DNA of 57,620 nucleotides from Candidatus Caldarchaeales archaeon (GCA_039630085.1 JBCNVM010000009.1:1-57620); one strand, 5' to 3'. Positions 28,182 to 37,002 are shown, counted from the first letter of the stretch. Program-made: numbers and translations. Notes: generated from the letters alone by a model not told the origin.

Positions 28182-28580
28182 GTGATGGCGATGCTCTCGT
28201 CGAAGCCCTCTAAGCAGAGGAAGCTCAGGGCCCTTCTGGCGGTCGAGCGCCCGAGCAAGCTGATGGCGGCCCACCTCTCGAGGGAGCTGAGGGAGAAGTA
28301 CGGGAGGCGCTCGGTGCCCGTGAGGGTCGGCGACACGGTGAAGGTCCTCAGGGGCGAGTACAGGGGGATCACGGCTAAGGTGATCAGGGTCGACAGGCGG
28401 AGGCAGTACGTCTACCTCGAGAACGTCACGAGGAAGAAGGCCGACGGGACGAACGTGAACGTCCCTATACACGTCTCCAACCTGATGCTGGTGAGCCTCG
28501 ACTTGGGCGACGAATACCGCAGGAAGCTACTTGAAGAGGGCAGGAAGGCGGTGAGGGCTTGGAAGGGTGAGGAGAGCTGA
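28182..28580 (+). CDS. rpl24: 50S ribosomal protein L24 (uL24)
   Basis: SKPSKQRK, LSRELREKYG, KOW GDTVKVLRG, KADG, PIHVSN. Confidence 0.95.
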   Translation: MMAMLSSKPSKQRKLRALLAVERPSKLMAAHLSRELREKYGRRSVPVRVGDTVKVLRGEYRGITAKVIRVDRRRQYVYLENVTRKKADGTNVNVPIHVSNLMLVSLDLGDEYRRKLLEEGRKAVRAWKGEES

Positions 28581-29296
28581 CGCACCTAAGGAGGTACGCC
28601 GCGCCGGTCACGTTCAGGATCCCGGTCAAAGAGAAGAAGTGGGCGCCGGTCCTGAGGCCCGGGCCGCACCCGAGGGAGTACAGCGTCCCGCTCCTCGTGG
28701 TGGTCAGGGACTGGCTCGGTAAGGCGGCGACCGCGAAGGAGGCCGAGGTGATCGTCAAGTCTGGGAAGGTCCTCGTCGACGGAAGGACGGTGAAGGAGCC
28801 GAGGTTCCCGGTTGGACTGATGGACGTCCTCACGATCCCCGAGACCGGAGAGAGGTACAGGGTCCTCCCGTTCTACCGGAGGGGCCTGGGGCTCCTCGAG
28901 ATCGATGGGAGGGAGTCCGGGTTCAAGCTCGGCCTGATCGTCGGGAAGCAGCACGTCAGGGGAGGGGGCCTCCAGTTCACCCTCCACGACGGCCGCAACG
29001 TCCTCTTCAAAGAGCCGACCGAGAAGGAGCGGTCGATCATGACCCACGACGTCTTCAAGGTCGAGCTGCCCTCGGGGAGGGTGCTGGCGCACTTGAAGTT
29101 CTCCACCGGCCTATACGGCCTGATCTTCAGGGGGTCGAGGAGCGGGCTCCACGGCCCCATCCTAAGCTACGAGGAGGTCAGGAGGTATCCGGCGAAACAG
29201 CTGGTCACCGTACAGACGTCGGAGGGCACGATATCCACGGTCCTCGACTACGTGATGCCGGTAGGTGAGGGAGAGCCTTGGCTGAAGCTCCCCTGA
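28577..29296 (+). CDS. rps4e: 30S ribosomal protein S4e (eS4), probable CTG start
   Basis: HLRRYAAP..RPGPH..PL N-terminus lies upstream of the ORF-track start; VLVDG..FPVGLMDV, LHDGRN; in-frame stop at 28568, CTG 28577 is the only near-cognate start overlapping the rpl24 stop. Confidence 0.93.
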   Translation: MTHLRRYAAPVTFRIPVKEKKWAPVLRPGPHPREYSVPLLVVVRDWLGKAATAKEAEVIVKSGKVLVDGRTVKEPRFPVGLMDVLTIPETGERYRVLPFYRRGLGLLEIDGRESGFKLGLIVGKQHVRGGGLQFTLHDGRNVLFKEPTEKERSIMTHDVFKVELPSGRVLAHLKFSTGLYGLIFRGSRSGLHGPILSYEEVRRYPAKQLVTVQTSEGTISTVLDYVMPVGEGEPWLKLP

Positions 29297-29826
29297 CCGG
29301 TCCGGAGGCGCCCGAGGCCCTGAACCCGATGAGGAGGCTGAGGGTGGAGAAGGTGGTTGTGAACTGCAGCGTCGGCGAGTCCGGGGTGAGGCTCGAGAGG
29401 GCCGCGAAGATCGTCGAGTTGCTGACCGGACAGAGGCCGTCGATCAGGAAGGCGAGGAAGACGATCAAGGGCTTCGGGATCCATAAGGGCGAACCGATAG
29501 CCGTCATGGTCACCCTCCGGGGCGAGAGGGCCGTCGAGTTCCTCAGGAGGGCGTTGGCTGCGGTGAAGAACACCCTCAGGTCCGAGGGCTTCGACGAGTA
29601 CGGCAACTTCGCGTTCGGGATCAAGGAGCACCTCGACGTCCCCGGGACGAGGTACGACCCGGAGCTCGGGATGATCGGGTTCGACGTGATCGTCCACCTC
29701 TCGAGGCCGGGACTCAGGGTTCAGAGCAGGAGGATCAGGAGGTCGAAGATCCCGAGGTCCCACAGGCCGACGAAGGAGGAGGCCATCGAGTTCGTCAGGT
29801 CGGAGTTCGGAGTCAACGTAGTCTAA
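29278..29826 (+). CDS. rpl5: 50S ribosomal protein L5 (uL5)
   Basis: NPMR..KVVVN..VGESG, VTLRG, GNFAFGIKEH, YDPELG. Confidence 0.96.
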   Translation: MAEAPLTGPEAPEALNPMRRLRVEKVVVNCSVGESGVRLERAAKIVELLTGQRPSIRKARKTIKGFGIHKGEPIAVMVTLRGERAVEFLRRALAAVKNTLRSEGFDEYGNFAFGIKEHLDVPGTRYDPELGMIGFDVIVHLSRPGLRVQSRRIRRSKIPRSHRPTKEEAIEFVRSEFGVNVV

Positions 29827-29871
29827 CCGCCGCCGGAAACCATAAGTGCTGCGACCCCTCATCTAACGAGG

Positions 29872-30873
29872 ATGCTGTCGGAGGCCGTACACAGGTGCCG
29901 GAACTGCGGGGCACCCGTCGAGCTCTCTCCCGACACCGTCGTCTCCGTCTGTTCCTACTGCGGTCACGTCGAGTCCTCCTTCCCCCTCGGGTCCGGCCCC
30001 CTGATGGTCCGTCCGGCCTCGGCCTCTGAGCTGAGGGACTTCGTGGAGCGCGCGGTTCGGAAGAAGGGAGGACGGGGGGCCTCGGTACGGGACGTGAGGT
30101 TCGTCGTCGTCCCGATCTGGGTGGCCGAGTTGAGGGCGAAGACCCGTTACAACGGATACAAGGTCGAGTACAAGACCCGATCAACCGGCCGCAGCACGAC
30201 GGTCTACAAGGTCTACTACCCGGTGAGGGGCACGCTCGATGAACTGCTCGCGATCGCGGTCTACGGGAGGAAGTTCGAGTCGATATTCGGGCTCGGGGCA
30301 GTGAAGTGGAACGCGCTGTTGCGCTACGGGGCCGCGGGAGGGCTCGACCCCGGGCCGCTGAAGGGCTGGGAGGTCCTGGGCTCCGAGCTTACCGAGGAAG
30401 AGGCCTGGAAATCCGCTGAGGCGAGGGCCGCCGACGAGCACAGGACGAAGGTCGAGTCGATGGCGTCGAAGGTCTTCGACTGCTACACTAGGACGGAGCG
30501 CTCCTCCATCAGGCTCGTCCTCTACCCGGTAGTGGAGGCCCGTTACGAGTCAGGGGGGAAGTCCTACAGGGTCTGCGTCGACGGCGCGGAGGACGGGGTG
30601 AAGGTGCTCAAAGCGGAGGCGCCGATGAGCCTGCTGAGGAGGGCGAAGTGGATGCTCGTCGGAGCCGGTGCGGTGCTGGTCACCGCTGCGCTGGGGGCGG
30701 CCTTCGAACCTCTCCTCTACAAGGACTACAGCCTCGAGACGAAGCTGGTCCTATTGGCCCTTCCACCGGGCCTGGCGGCGCTCTGGGGATACCTCTCCGC
30801 GAGGTCGGCGACCTCGATCCAGAGGGTCAAGAAGCTCTCGAAGGACGAGGACGTGAGGGTGCTCGAGGGATGA
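29872..30873 (+). CDS. Zn-ribbon membrane protein, YdjG-like (paralog 1)
   Basis: CRNCGA..CSYCG; VPIW; YPV..Y...GKSY...VDG; two C-terminal TM helices. Confidence 0.72.
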   Translation: MLSEAVHRCRNCGAPVELSPDTVVSVCSYCGHVESSFPLGSGPLMVRPASASELRDFVERAVRKKGGRGASVRDVRFVVVPIWVAELRAKTRYNGYKVEYKTRSTGRSTTVYKVYYPVRGTLDELLAIAVYGRKFESIFGLGAVKWNALLRYGAAGGLDPGPLKGWEVLGSELTEEEAWKSAEARAADEHRTKVESMASKVFDCYTRTERSSIRLVLYPVVEARYESGGKSYRVCVDGAEDGVKVLKAEAPMSLLRRAKWMLVGAGAVLVTAALGAAFEPLLYKDYSLETKLVLLALPPGLAALWGYLSARSATSIQRVKKLSKDEDVRVLEG

Positions 30874-31889
30874 GCAGCGTCGTCGGGACCTACCGGTGCC
30901 CGAACTGCGGCGCCTCCTACGAGGTAAGGGAGGGGGACGCAGCGATCAGGTGCGGCTACTGCGGCGCGACCTTCAGGACCTTCGAGGAGGAGAGGAGGTA
31001 CGTCCTCCCGGTCCACTACGACAGCAGCAGGGCCATAGAGAACTTCCTGCTATGGGCCGAGAAGCAGCACCTTTACGACGAGTCGCTCCCGAGGGAGATG
31101 GTCCTCAGGGACGTGAGCCTCCACTTCTATCCGTTCTGGGTCGCGACCGTCAGGGCCTCGACGACCTTCACGGGGCTCGGCGAGGACGCGGAGTACTCCG
31201 GGCCCGAAGGCAAGGGCTTCAGGAGCGTCACGACGTTCCTGAGGGAGGAGTTCGGGAGCTTCGAGAGGCTGATCGAGTTCGCGGTCCCCGCGAGCGGCGA
31301 GATACCGCAGGAAGGGGAGATGGTAGCGGTCTCGAGGTCGAGGCTCTACTTCAGCCACGAGTACGTCAGGAAGCACGGAGGAGTCCTCCACGGCGCGACG
31401 GTGAGCAGGGAGCAGGCCAGGAGGGCCGCGGAGGAGGCGGCAGCTGCGGAGCTGACGAGGCTGATCTCGAAGGAGGTCGTGGAGGTGAGGACGAGGTCCG
31501 ACGAGATCTCCGTCGGGGAGCTCTCGCTGGTCTACGTCCCCGTCTGGGACGTCTCCTACGAGTTCAGGGGCAAGAAGTACAGGGCCCTGATCGACGCCTC
31601 GTCGTCGAGGGTGATCTTCGCTACATACCCCTCCGAAGTCGCCGAGAGGACCGCCTACCTCGGGGTCTCGGCGCTGCACCTGGTCGCGGGGACCATACTT
31701 GCCGCGATCATCTGGGGTACGAGCTGGCTGGCGGCCGTCACCGTGCTCGCTGGGATGGGAGCGGCCTCCGCCTACTACGTCAAGGCCGCCCTCGCCCCAG
31801 CGAAGGCCCTCGAACCCGTCGCGGAGCGGCGGAAGGACCGGAGGTTGCCGAGCCAGCTCGAGAAGGTCTACAGGAAGGCGATGACGTGA
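30870..31889 (+). CDS. Zn-ribbon membrane protein, YdjG-like (paralog 2)
   Basis: ATG 30870 in ATGA overlap; CPNCGA..CGYCG; FYPFW; YVPVW..Y..RGKKY..IDASS; two C-terminal TM helices. Confidence 0.75.
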   Translation: MSSVVGTYRCPNCGASYEVREGDAAIRCGYCGATFRTFEEERRYVLPVHYDSSRAIENFLLWAEKQHLYDESLPREMVLRDVSLHFYPFWVATVRASTTFTGLGEDAEYSGPEGKGFRSVTTFLREEFGSFERLIEFAVPASGEIPQEGEMVAVSRSRLYFSHEYVRKHGGVLHGATVSREQARRAAEEAAAAELTRLISKEVVEVRTRSDEISVGELSLVYVPVWDVSYEFRGKKYRALIDASSSRVIFATYPSEVAERTAYLGVSALHLVAGTILAAIIWGTSWLAAVTVLAGMGAASAYYVKAALAPAKALEPVAERRKDRRLPSQLEKVYRKAMT

Positions 31890-31961
31890 TCCTATGGAGA
31901 TGGGCGCCCATCAACGAACATCGGTATAACCTTATATCGGCTGGTCGAGGACGAAGGCCGA

Positions 31962-32495
31962 ATGGACGTCGAGCGCGTCAGGAGGGAGATGAGCCTCTTC
32001 GAGCGGATCATCTCCTACGTCCCAGGATACCGGGGCTACAAGGAGAAGGAGGTCAGGAGGGAGACCGACGTCCTAGTCAGGAGGAAGGTCAGCTCGCTGC
32101 TCTCTGAGGCCAGGTCTTCCCTCAACTCACCGCTCTCGCCCTCAGCCGCTAGGAAGCTCGCGTACGACCAGGACTCCAGGTTCCTCCTGGAGAACCTCAG
32201 GGCGGAGCTGGACAGGGTTACGCAGAGGATCGACAAGGCCGTCGCGGGGTACGCCGGGCTCTTCGACGCGGTGAAGGTCAGGGAGGACAAACTGGACGCG
32301 GTGATCAGGCACGACCTCTCGCTGATCGAGAAGGCCGAGTCGATCAAGTCCTCGGTCGCCGAGCTGATGGGAGGGGAGCCCGGGACCGACGAGTGGAAGG
32401 CGAGGCTCTCCAGGGTGAGGCAGGCGGTCTCCGAGTTCGACAGGCTGATCGACGAGCGGACGAAGATCCTGAAGGGCCTGTCGGAGGCGGGATAG
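31962..32495 (+). CDS. conserved alpha-helical hypothetical protein (SPFH-locus associated)
   Basis: PGYRGYKEKEVRRETD, GYAGLFDAVKVREDKLD; own TATA-like TTATAT ~30 nt upstream. Confidence 0.75.
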   Translation: MDVERVRREMSLFERIISYVPGYRGYKEKEVRRETDVLVRRKVSSLLSEARSSLNSPLSPSAARKLAYDQDSRFLLENLRAELDRVTQRIDKAVAGYAGLFDAVKVREDKLDAVIRHDLSLIEKAESIKSSVAELMGGEPGTDEWKARLSRVRQAVSEFDRLIDERTKILKGLSEAG

Positions 32496-32498
32496 CCG

Positions 32499-33755
32499 GT
32501 GCCGACGTATAGGAACGCTGGAGTCGACATGGACGCGCTCCAGAGGAACCTCGTCGAGATCCTGAGGAGGTCGGGGTGGAAGGTCAACAGGCACCTGCCG
32601 GGGCAGAGGGGCTTCCTCATCGAGGCCAGCAAGGGCTTCATGAAGAGGGGGACGATCAAGGCCGGCGGCGTGCCGGACGAGGTGAGAGTCGATGTCGAGG
32701 GCCCCGAGGAGCTGAAGGACCTGGTGGACCTCGCGCTGACCGAGTCCAGCTCGAACCCCGGCGCGCTCGCGAGTTGGAGGCAGCTGGAGGCCCAGGAGGC
32801 GCTGAAGGAACTCGCCTCTTCGCCGCTCGGGAAGATCTTCGGGATCCCCTCGCCCCCCACGACCGTTCAGCAGGGCCCCGCCCCACAGGTACCGACCGTT
32901 CAGCAGGTTCCGCGCCAGGTCCAGAGGCCCAAGCTCGAGGCCTGCCTGCACTGCGGGGCTCCGCTGACCTACGACCCAGAGGAGGTCCTCGTCATCTGCG
33001 AGTACTGCGGCTACGCCAACAACGTGACCGGAGAGCAGCCCCCGAGGATCTCGATGGTCCCGATGTCGGTCGATGGGAACGCCGCGATGAGGATCGCGAT
33101 GGACTTCGCCGCGAAGGGCATCCTGGTCACCAAGGGGATGGTCGAGAGGGCGAGCTGGGGCGAGATCTGGTCGGCCTACGTCCCGGTCTGGGTGGTCCCC
33201 GTGAAGGTATATGGCGAGGTGGTCGGCGAGAGGGGGCTCGTCAGGGCGAAGAGCGAAGCCGCTAGGATGGCCCAGGAGATAGGTCTCGAGCTCCTCGGCG
33301 CGGCGCTCGGTGGGAGGGCCGGGCGTGCGATCGCGGACAGGGAGAGGCGGGAGACGGTCGACGAGCTGATGCAGGTCCCGGTAGTCGCGAGGAGGTCGAC
33401 GGCGTACCAGCCCGACGTGATGGCCTTCAGTGTACCGCTTGAGAGGAAGATGCCCTTCAGGAGGACTGGCGACGTCGTCCTGAACGCGGAGATGGGCAGG
33501 GCCGAGGCCGTCGACGCGGCGAAGGGCATCGCCCTCGAGACCGTCAGATCGAGGTACACGACGCTGAGGAAGTTCGACGTAAGCGCCTACGAGGCCGGCG
33601 AGCCGGAGCTCGTCTATGACCCCTGGTGGTTCGTGAAGTACGAGATGTCGGGCAGGCAGTTCATGGTGGTCGTCTCGGGCTCGACTGGCAACGTTATAGC
33701 GGGGCAGAGGCCTTGGATCCCCAGAAGGAGCAGGGGTGGTGAAGGGGTTGCCTAA
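32499..33755 (+). CDS. Zn-ribbon protein, YdjG-like (paralog 3, soluble, extra N-terminal domain)
   Basis: PQ-rich linker, CLHCGA..CEYCG, YVPVW, YDPWW..Y...GRQF..VSGSTGNV..G..P; no C-terminal TM. Confidence 0.75.
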   Translation: MPTYRNAGVDMDALQRNLVEILRRSGWKVNRHLPGQRGFLIEASKGFMKRGTIKAGGVPDEVRVDVEGPEELKDLVDLALTESSSNPGALASWRQLEAQEALKELASSPLGKIFGIPSPPTTVQQGPAPQVPTVQQVPRQVQRPKLEACLHCGAPLTYDPEEVLVICEYCGYANNVTGEQPPRISMVPMSVDGNAAMRIAMDFAAKGILVTKGMVERASWGEIWSAYVPVWVVPVKVYGEVVGERGLVRAKSEAARMAQEIGLELLGAALGGRAGRAIADRERRETVDELMQVPVVARRSTAYQPDVMAFSVPLERKMPFRRTGDVVLNAEMGRAEAVDAAKGIALETVRSRYTTLRKFDVSAYEAGEPELVYDPWWFVKYEMSGRQFMVVVSGSTGNVIAGQRPWIPRRSRGGEGVA

Positions 33756-34794
33756 GGTCATCCAGTGGGTCGGCGCGAGGGAGGGCGACATCGTCTGGAG
33801 GTATCCGGTCGATGAGATCGAGTGGGGCAGCAACCTGATCGTCGAGGAGGCCCAGGCCGCGGTCTTCCTCAGGGACGGGAAGGCCTACGACGTCTTCAGG
33901 GCCGGGAGGCACGTGATCACCACCGCTAACCTACCGCTCCTCACGAAGGTCCTCTCGAGGGTAGCGGGCTTCGACAGGGTCCCGTTCAGGGCGACCGTGA
34001 TCTTCGTCTCGCTGAAGCAGTTCCAAGGGAAGTTCGGGGCCCAGGGCCAGACGAAGGAGCTCGCGCCCCTGAAGTTCTTCGGGAGCTTCTGGTTCAGGGT
34101 CGAGGAGCCGAACCTCTTCGTCCAGGAGGTCGTAGGGTCGCAGGGAGCTTACGGAACCCAGCAGCTCCAGGACTTCCTCAGGGGCTACTTCAACGAGGCC
34201 CTGATCGACGAGCTGAGCCAGCACAGCATAACCGACGTCTACGGCAGGCTCGACGAGACCAGCTTCCTCGCCAAGAACGTCGTGGGCGCGGCCTTCAAGA
34301 GGATAGGGCTCGAGCTGATCGACGTCAAGTTCGAGGGCATCGACACGACGCCGGAGTGGAGGGACAGGATATTCTTCCTCAGGCAGGGAGTTTCCGCGGC
34401 GGAGGTCCTGAGGATGCAGACGGTGACGAAGACCGCAGAGGCCCTCGGACAGAGCCCAGGAGCGGCGGTCGGCGCCGGGATCGCGATCATCCCTCCCCTC
34501 TTCCAGCAACCGGTCCAGCAGCCCCAGACCGTGCTGGTGGTCTGTCCGCACTGCGGCTTCCAGAACCCCCAGGGCGTGAGGTTCTGCGGGAGCTGCGGCA
34601 AACCCCTCGGACCGCCTCCGCAGCAACAGATGCCGGCACAGGCCCAGACGACCTGCCCCAACGGCCACAGCGTCCCGGTCGGGTCGAAGTTCTGTCCGGA
34701 GTGCGGGGCCCCGATGGCTCTGACCTGTCCCAGCGGCCACAAGGTGGCTCCGGGGTCCAAGTTCTGCCCCGAGTGCGGTGCGAGGCTGGCATGA
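33736..34794 (+). CDS. SPFH/Band-7 protein (YdjI-like) with three C-terminal double Zn ribbons
   Basis: VIQW, IVWRYP, GSNLIVEEAQAAVFLRDG..DVF.AGRH...TANLP, PF..TVIFV; CPHCG..FCGSCG and 2x CPxGH..KFCPECG. Confidence 0.88.
   Translation: MVKGLPKVIQWVGAREGDIVWRYPVDEIEWGSNLIVEEAQAAVFLRDGKAYDVFRAGRHVITTANLPLLTKVLSRVAGFDRVPFRATVIFVSLKQFQGKFGAQGQTKELAPLKFFGSFWFRVEEPNLFVQEVVGSQGAYGTQQLQDFLRGYFNEALIDELSQHSITDVYGRLDETSFLAKNVVGAAFKRIGLELIDVKFEGIDTTPEWRDRIFFLRQGVSAAEVLRMQTVTKTAEALGQSPGAAVGAGIAIIPPLFQQPVQQPQTVLVVCPHCGFQNPQGVRFCGSCGKPLGPPPQQQMPAQAQTTCPNGHSVPVGSKFCPECGAPMALTCPSGHKVAPGSKFCPECGARLA
34651..34782 (+). repeat. 72-nt-period tandem duplication encoding two CPxGH..GSKFCPECGA Zn-ribbon units
   Basis: Units start at 34651 and 34723 (TCPNGHSVPVGSKFCPECGA / TCPSGHKVAPGSKFCPECGA). 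Confidence 0.8.
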
Positions 34795-35108
34795 GCTACG
34801 GCGCTGGCGCACTCATCGCGGTCGTGGCATCGACGGGTGCCCTGCTGGTCCTGTCCGGAGCGGGCTTGATGAGGGTCGATCCGTTCACCGCCCTCGGGGT
34901 CGTCGTGGCGGTCCTCGGGGTCTACACCGTCGCATACGGGGCCGCGTCCAAGGACCCCGTTTACTACCTCCTCTGGGGCGGGATCGCCCTCGCTCTGGGA
35001 CTCGGGATCGCTGCCTCCAACCTCCTGAACCCCACGGTCGTGCTGGGACTCGCGCTGGTCTTCGTCGCGGCGCTCGGGGCCGCGGCCGCGCTCGTGAGGC
35101 GGCGGTGA
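34791..35108 (+). CDS. small multi-pass (about 4 TM) membrane protein
   Basis: ATG 34791 in ATGA overlap; almost entirely hydrophobic; YYLLWGG; ends VRRR. Confidence 0.75.
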   Translation: MSYGAGALIAVVASTGALLVLSGAGLMRVDPFTALGVVVAVLGVYTVAYGAASKDPVYYLLWGGIALALGLGIAASNLLNPTVVLGLALVFVAALGAAAALVRRR

Positions 35109-35464
35109 CCGTGGAGGCGCTCCACTCCGACTACATCGACCTCTTCCCGTTCAAGGCATGGGTACGTGTTCACTGGGACCGGATGGAGGTGAAGACCCGC
35201 TTCTTCAGGATCGAGATCCCGTACTCGGAGCTTGAGGGGATCGGCCTCGTTGAGAGGATCCCGTGGTACGTCGGCAGGGGGGTCGAGCCCTATCCGATCA
35301 GCAGGACGCTCTATGTCGTCGATCGGAGGAGAAACTGCGTCGAGATAAGGAAGAATTCGGGCTTCTGGAGGAGGCTCGTGTTATCGGTGACCGATCCGGA
35401 GACTCTCATCGACGTGGTGAGGAGGTACAGCGGGCTGGAGAGCAGGCCCAAGGTTCAGCCCTGA
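35105..35464 (+). CDS. hypothetical protein, bacterial PH-like domain
   Basis: GTG 35105 in GTGA overlap; EIPYSELEGI and LVLSVTDPETLIDVV resemble bPH domains. Confidence 0.6.
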   Translation: MTVEALHSDYIDLFPFKAWVRVHWDRMEVKTRFFRIEIPYSELEGIGLVERIPWYVGRGVEPYPISRTLYVVDRRRNCVEIRKNSGFWRRLVLSVTDPETLIDVVRRYSGLESRPKVQP

Positions 35465-35895
35465 AGTTTTCGCATAGCATCACCGATCCTCTCGGCGGTC
35501 CTCAGGAGCTCCTCCTCGGTGACGCTGAGCCTCGTCCCCCTCAGAGGCTTGGACGGGTTCCCCGGCTGAGCTGCGTACCTCGGGATGACGTGGACGTGGG
35601 CGTGGAAGATCACCTGTCCGGCCGCGGCGCCGTTGTTCTGGAGAATGTTGATGCCGTCGGGGTTCAGGGATGCTTTGATCGCCCTCGCGACCCTCGCAGC
35701 GAGCGAGAAGAGCCTCCCGGCCTCCTCGGAGGACATCTCAAGGACGTCGGACCTGTGGAACTTCGGGGCAGCGAGCGTGTGGCCCACAGAGACCGGGTAC
35801 CTGTCCATGAAGGCGACGTAGTCTCCTTCGTCCCAAACGATCGCGCCCCACTCATCTCCGGAGGCGATCCTGCAGAAGACGCACCCGTCGGCCAT
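35455..35895 (-). CDS. HIT family nucleotide hydrolase
   Basis: CVFC, GHTL, AGQVIFHAHVHVIPR histidine triad. Confidence 0.95.
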   Translation of the reverse strand: MADGCVFCRIASGDEWGAIVWDEGDYVAFMDRYPVSVGHTLAAPKFHRSDVLEMSSEEAGRLFSLAARVARAIKASLNPDGINILQNNGAAAGQVIFHAHVHVIPRYAAQPGNPSKPLRGTRLSVTEEELLRTAERIGDAMRKLQG

Positions 35896-35983
35896 CGCCA
35901 GCTCGCTCTGTCTCCCGGTCCGGTGAAAAGGGTTTCCGGCTCGGGGCGTGAGACGTAAATCGGAGGCCAGAGCAGCAACCCTC

Positions 35984-37000
35984 GTGAAGGCGGTGCTGGT
36001 CGAGGAGGGGAGGGCTGTCGTTCGGGAGGTCGAGAGGCCCGGAATCGGAAGGGGGGAGGTGTTGGTCAGGCTCGCGGCCTGCGGCCTCTGTGGGACCGAC
36101 GTCGAGCGGATAAGGGGGGGTTACACCGCTGGGAGGCAGGTCATCGGACACGAGGCCTCCGGAACCGTCGAGGAGGTCGGAGAGGGGGTCGAGTGGTTGA
36201 GGAGGGGCGACAGGGTCGTTCCGCACCACCACACCAACTGCGGCGACTGTTACTACTGCCTAAACGGGAGCCCCACGATGTGTCCCGAGTACAGGAGGCA
36301 CTACTTCGACCCGGGCGGGTTCTCCGAGTACTTCAGGGTCCCGGAGTTCATCGTGAGGCGCGGAGCCGTCTACAGGGTCCCCGAGGGCCTCTCGCTCGAG
36401 GAGGCGTCGCTGACCGAGCCGCTGGCCTGCTGCCTGAGGGCCCTCAAACGCTGCGGGGTGAGGGAAGGTTGGACGGTAGCGGTCTTCGGGGCCGGACCGA
36501 TGGGCGCGCTCTTCCTAGAGCTCCTGAGGTCGCTCGGCAACGAGGCCGTCGCTGTCGACGTGAGGGAGTCTAGGCTCAGGTTCGCGGAGTCGCTGGGCGT
36601 GAGGGCCGTCGACGCCTCGAGGGCCGAGGTCGACCGGGAGGTGAGGGAGCTGAGCGGCGGAAGGGGCGCTGACCTCTCGATTGTCGCGACGGGCAGCTCG
36701 GCCGCGATCGTCTCGGCCATCAGGTCCACGAGGAACGGGGGAACTGTCTGCCTCTTCGGGTTGCCGCCGAAGGGGACGAAGGTCGATCAGGACTTCAGCG
36801 AGTTCCTCGTCAGGGAGGTGAGCGTGATCTCCTCCAACGCGGCGACCGAAGAGGAGATGGTCGAAGCCCTTAGGCTCCTCGAGGAGCGGAGGGTCAGGGC
36901 ATCGAGGCTGATAACCCACAGGTTCGCCATCGAGAGGTTCGAGGAGGCCCTTAGGGTCTTCGAGTCCGGAGAGGGAATGAAGGTCCTGATAACGCCCTGA
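35984..37000 (+). CDS. zinc-dependent alcohol/polyol dehydrogenase (MDR family)
   Basis: CGTD, GHE, CxxCxxC-x7-C, GAGPMG; start moved to GTG 35984. Confidence 0.92.
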   Translation: MKAVLVEEGRAVVREVERPGIGRGEVLVRLAACGLCGTDVERIRGGYTAGRQVIGHEASGTVEEVGEGVEWLRRGDRVVPHHHTNCGDCYYCLNGSPTMCPEYRRHYFDPGGFSEYFRVPEFIVRRGAVYRVPEGLSLEEASLTEPLACCLRALKRCGVREGWTVAVFGAGPMGALFLELLRSLGNEAVAVDVRESRLRFAESLGVRAVDASRAEVDREVRELSGGRGADLSIVATGSSAAIVSAIRSTRNGGTVCLFGLPPKGTKVDQDFSEFLVREVSVISSNAATEEEMVEALRLLEERRVRASRLITHRFAIERFEEALRVFESGEGMKVLITP

Positions 37001-37002
37001 GC

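Noticed and set aside
24600-29296. Additional CTGA overlaps as CUG starts for rpo11 (24600) and rpl5 (29293)
   Set aside because: Both have in-frame TTG codons (24606, 29278) at proper SD spacing, so CUG is unnecessary.
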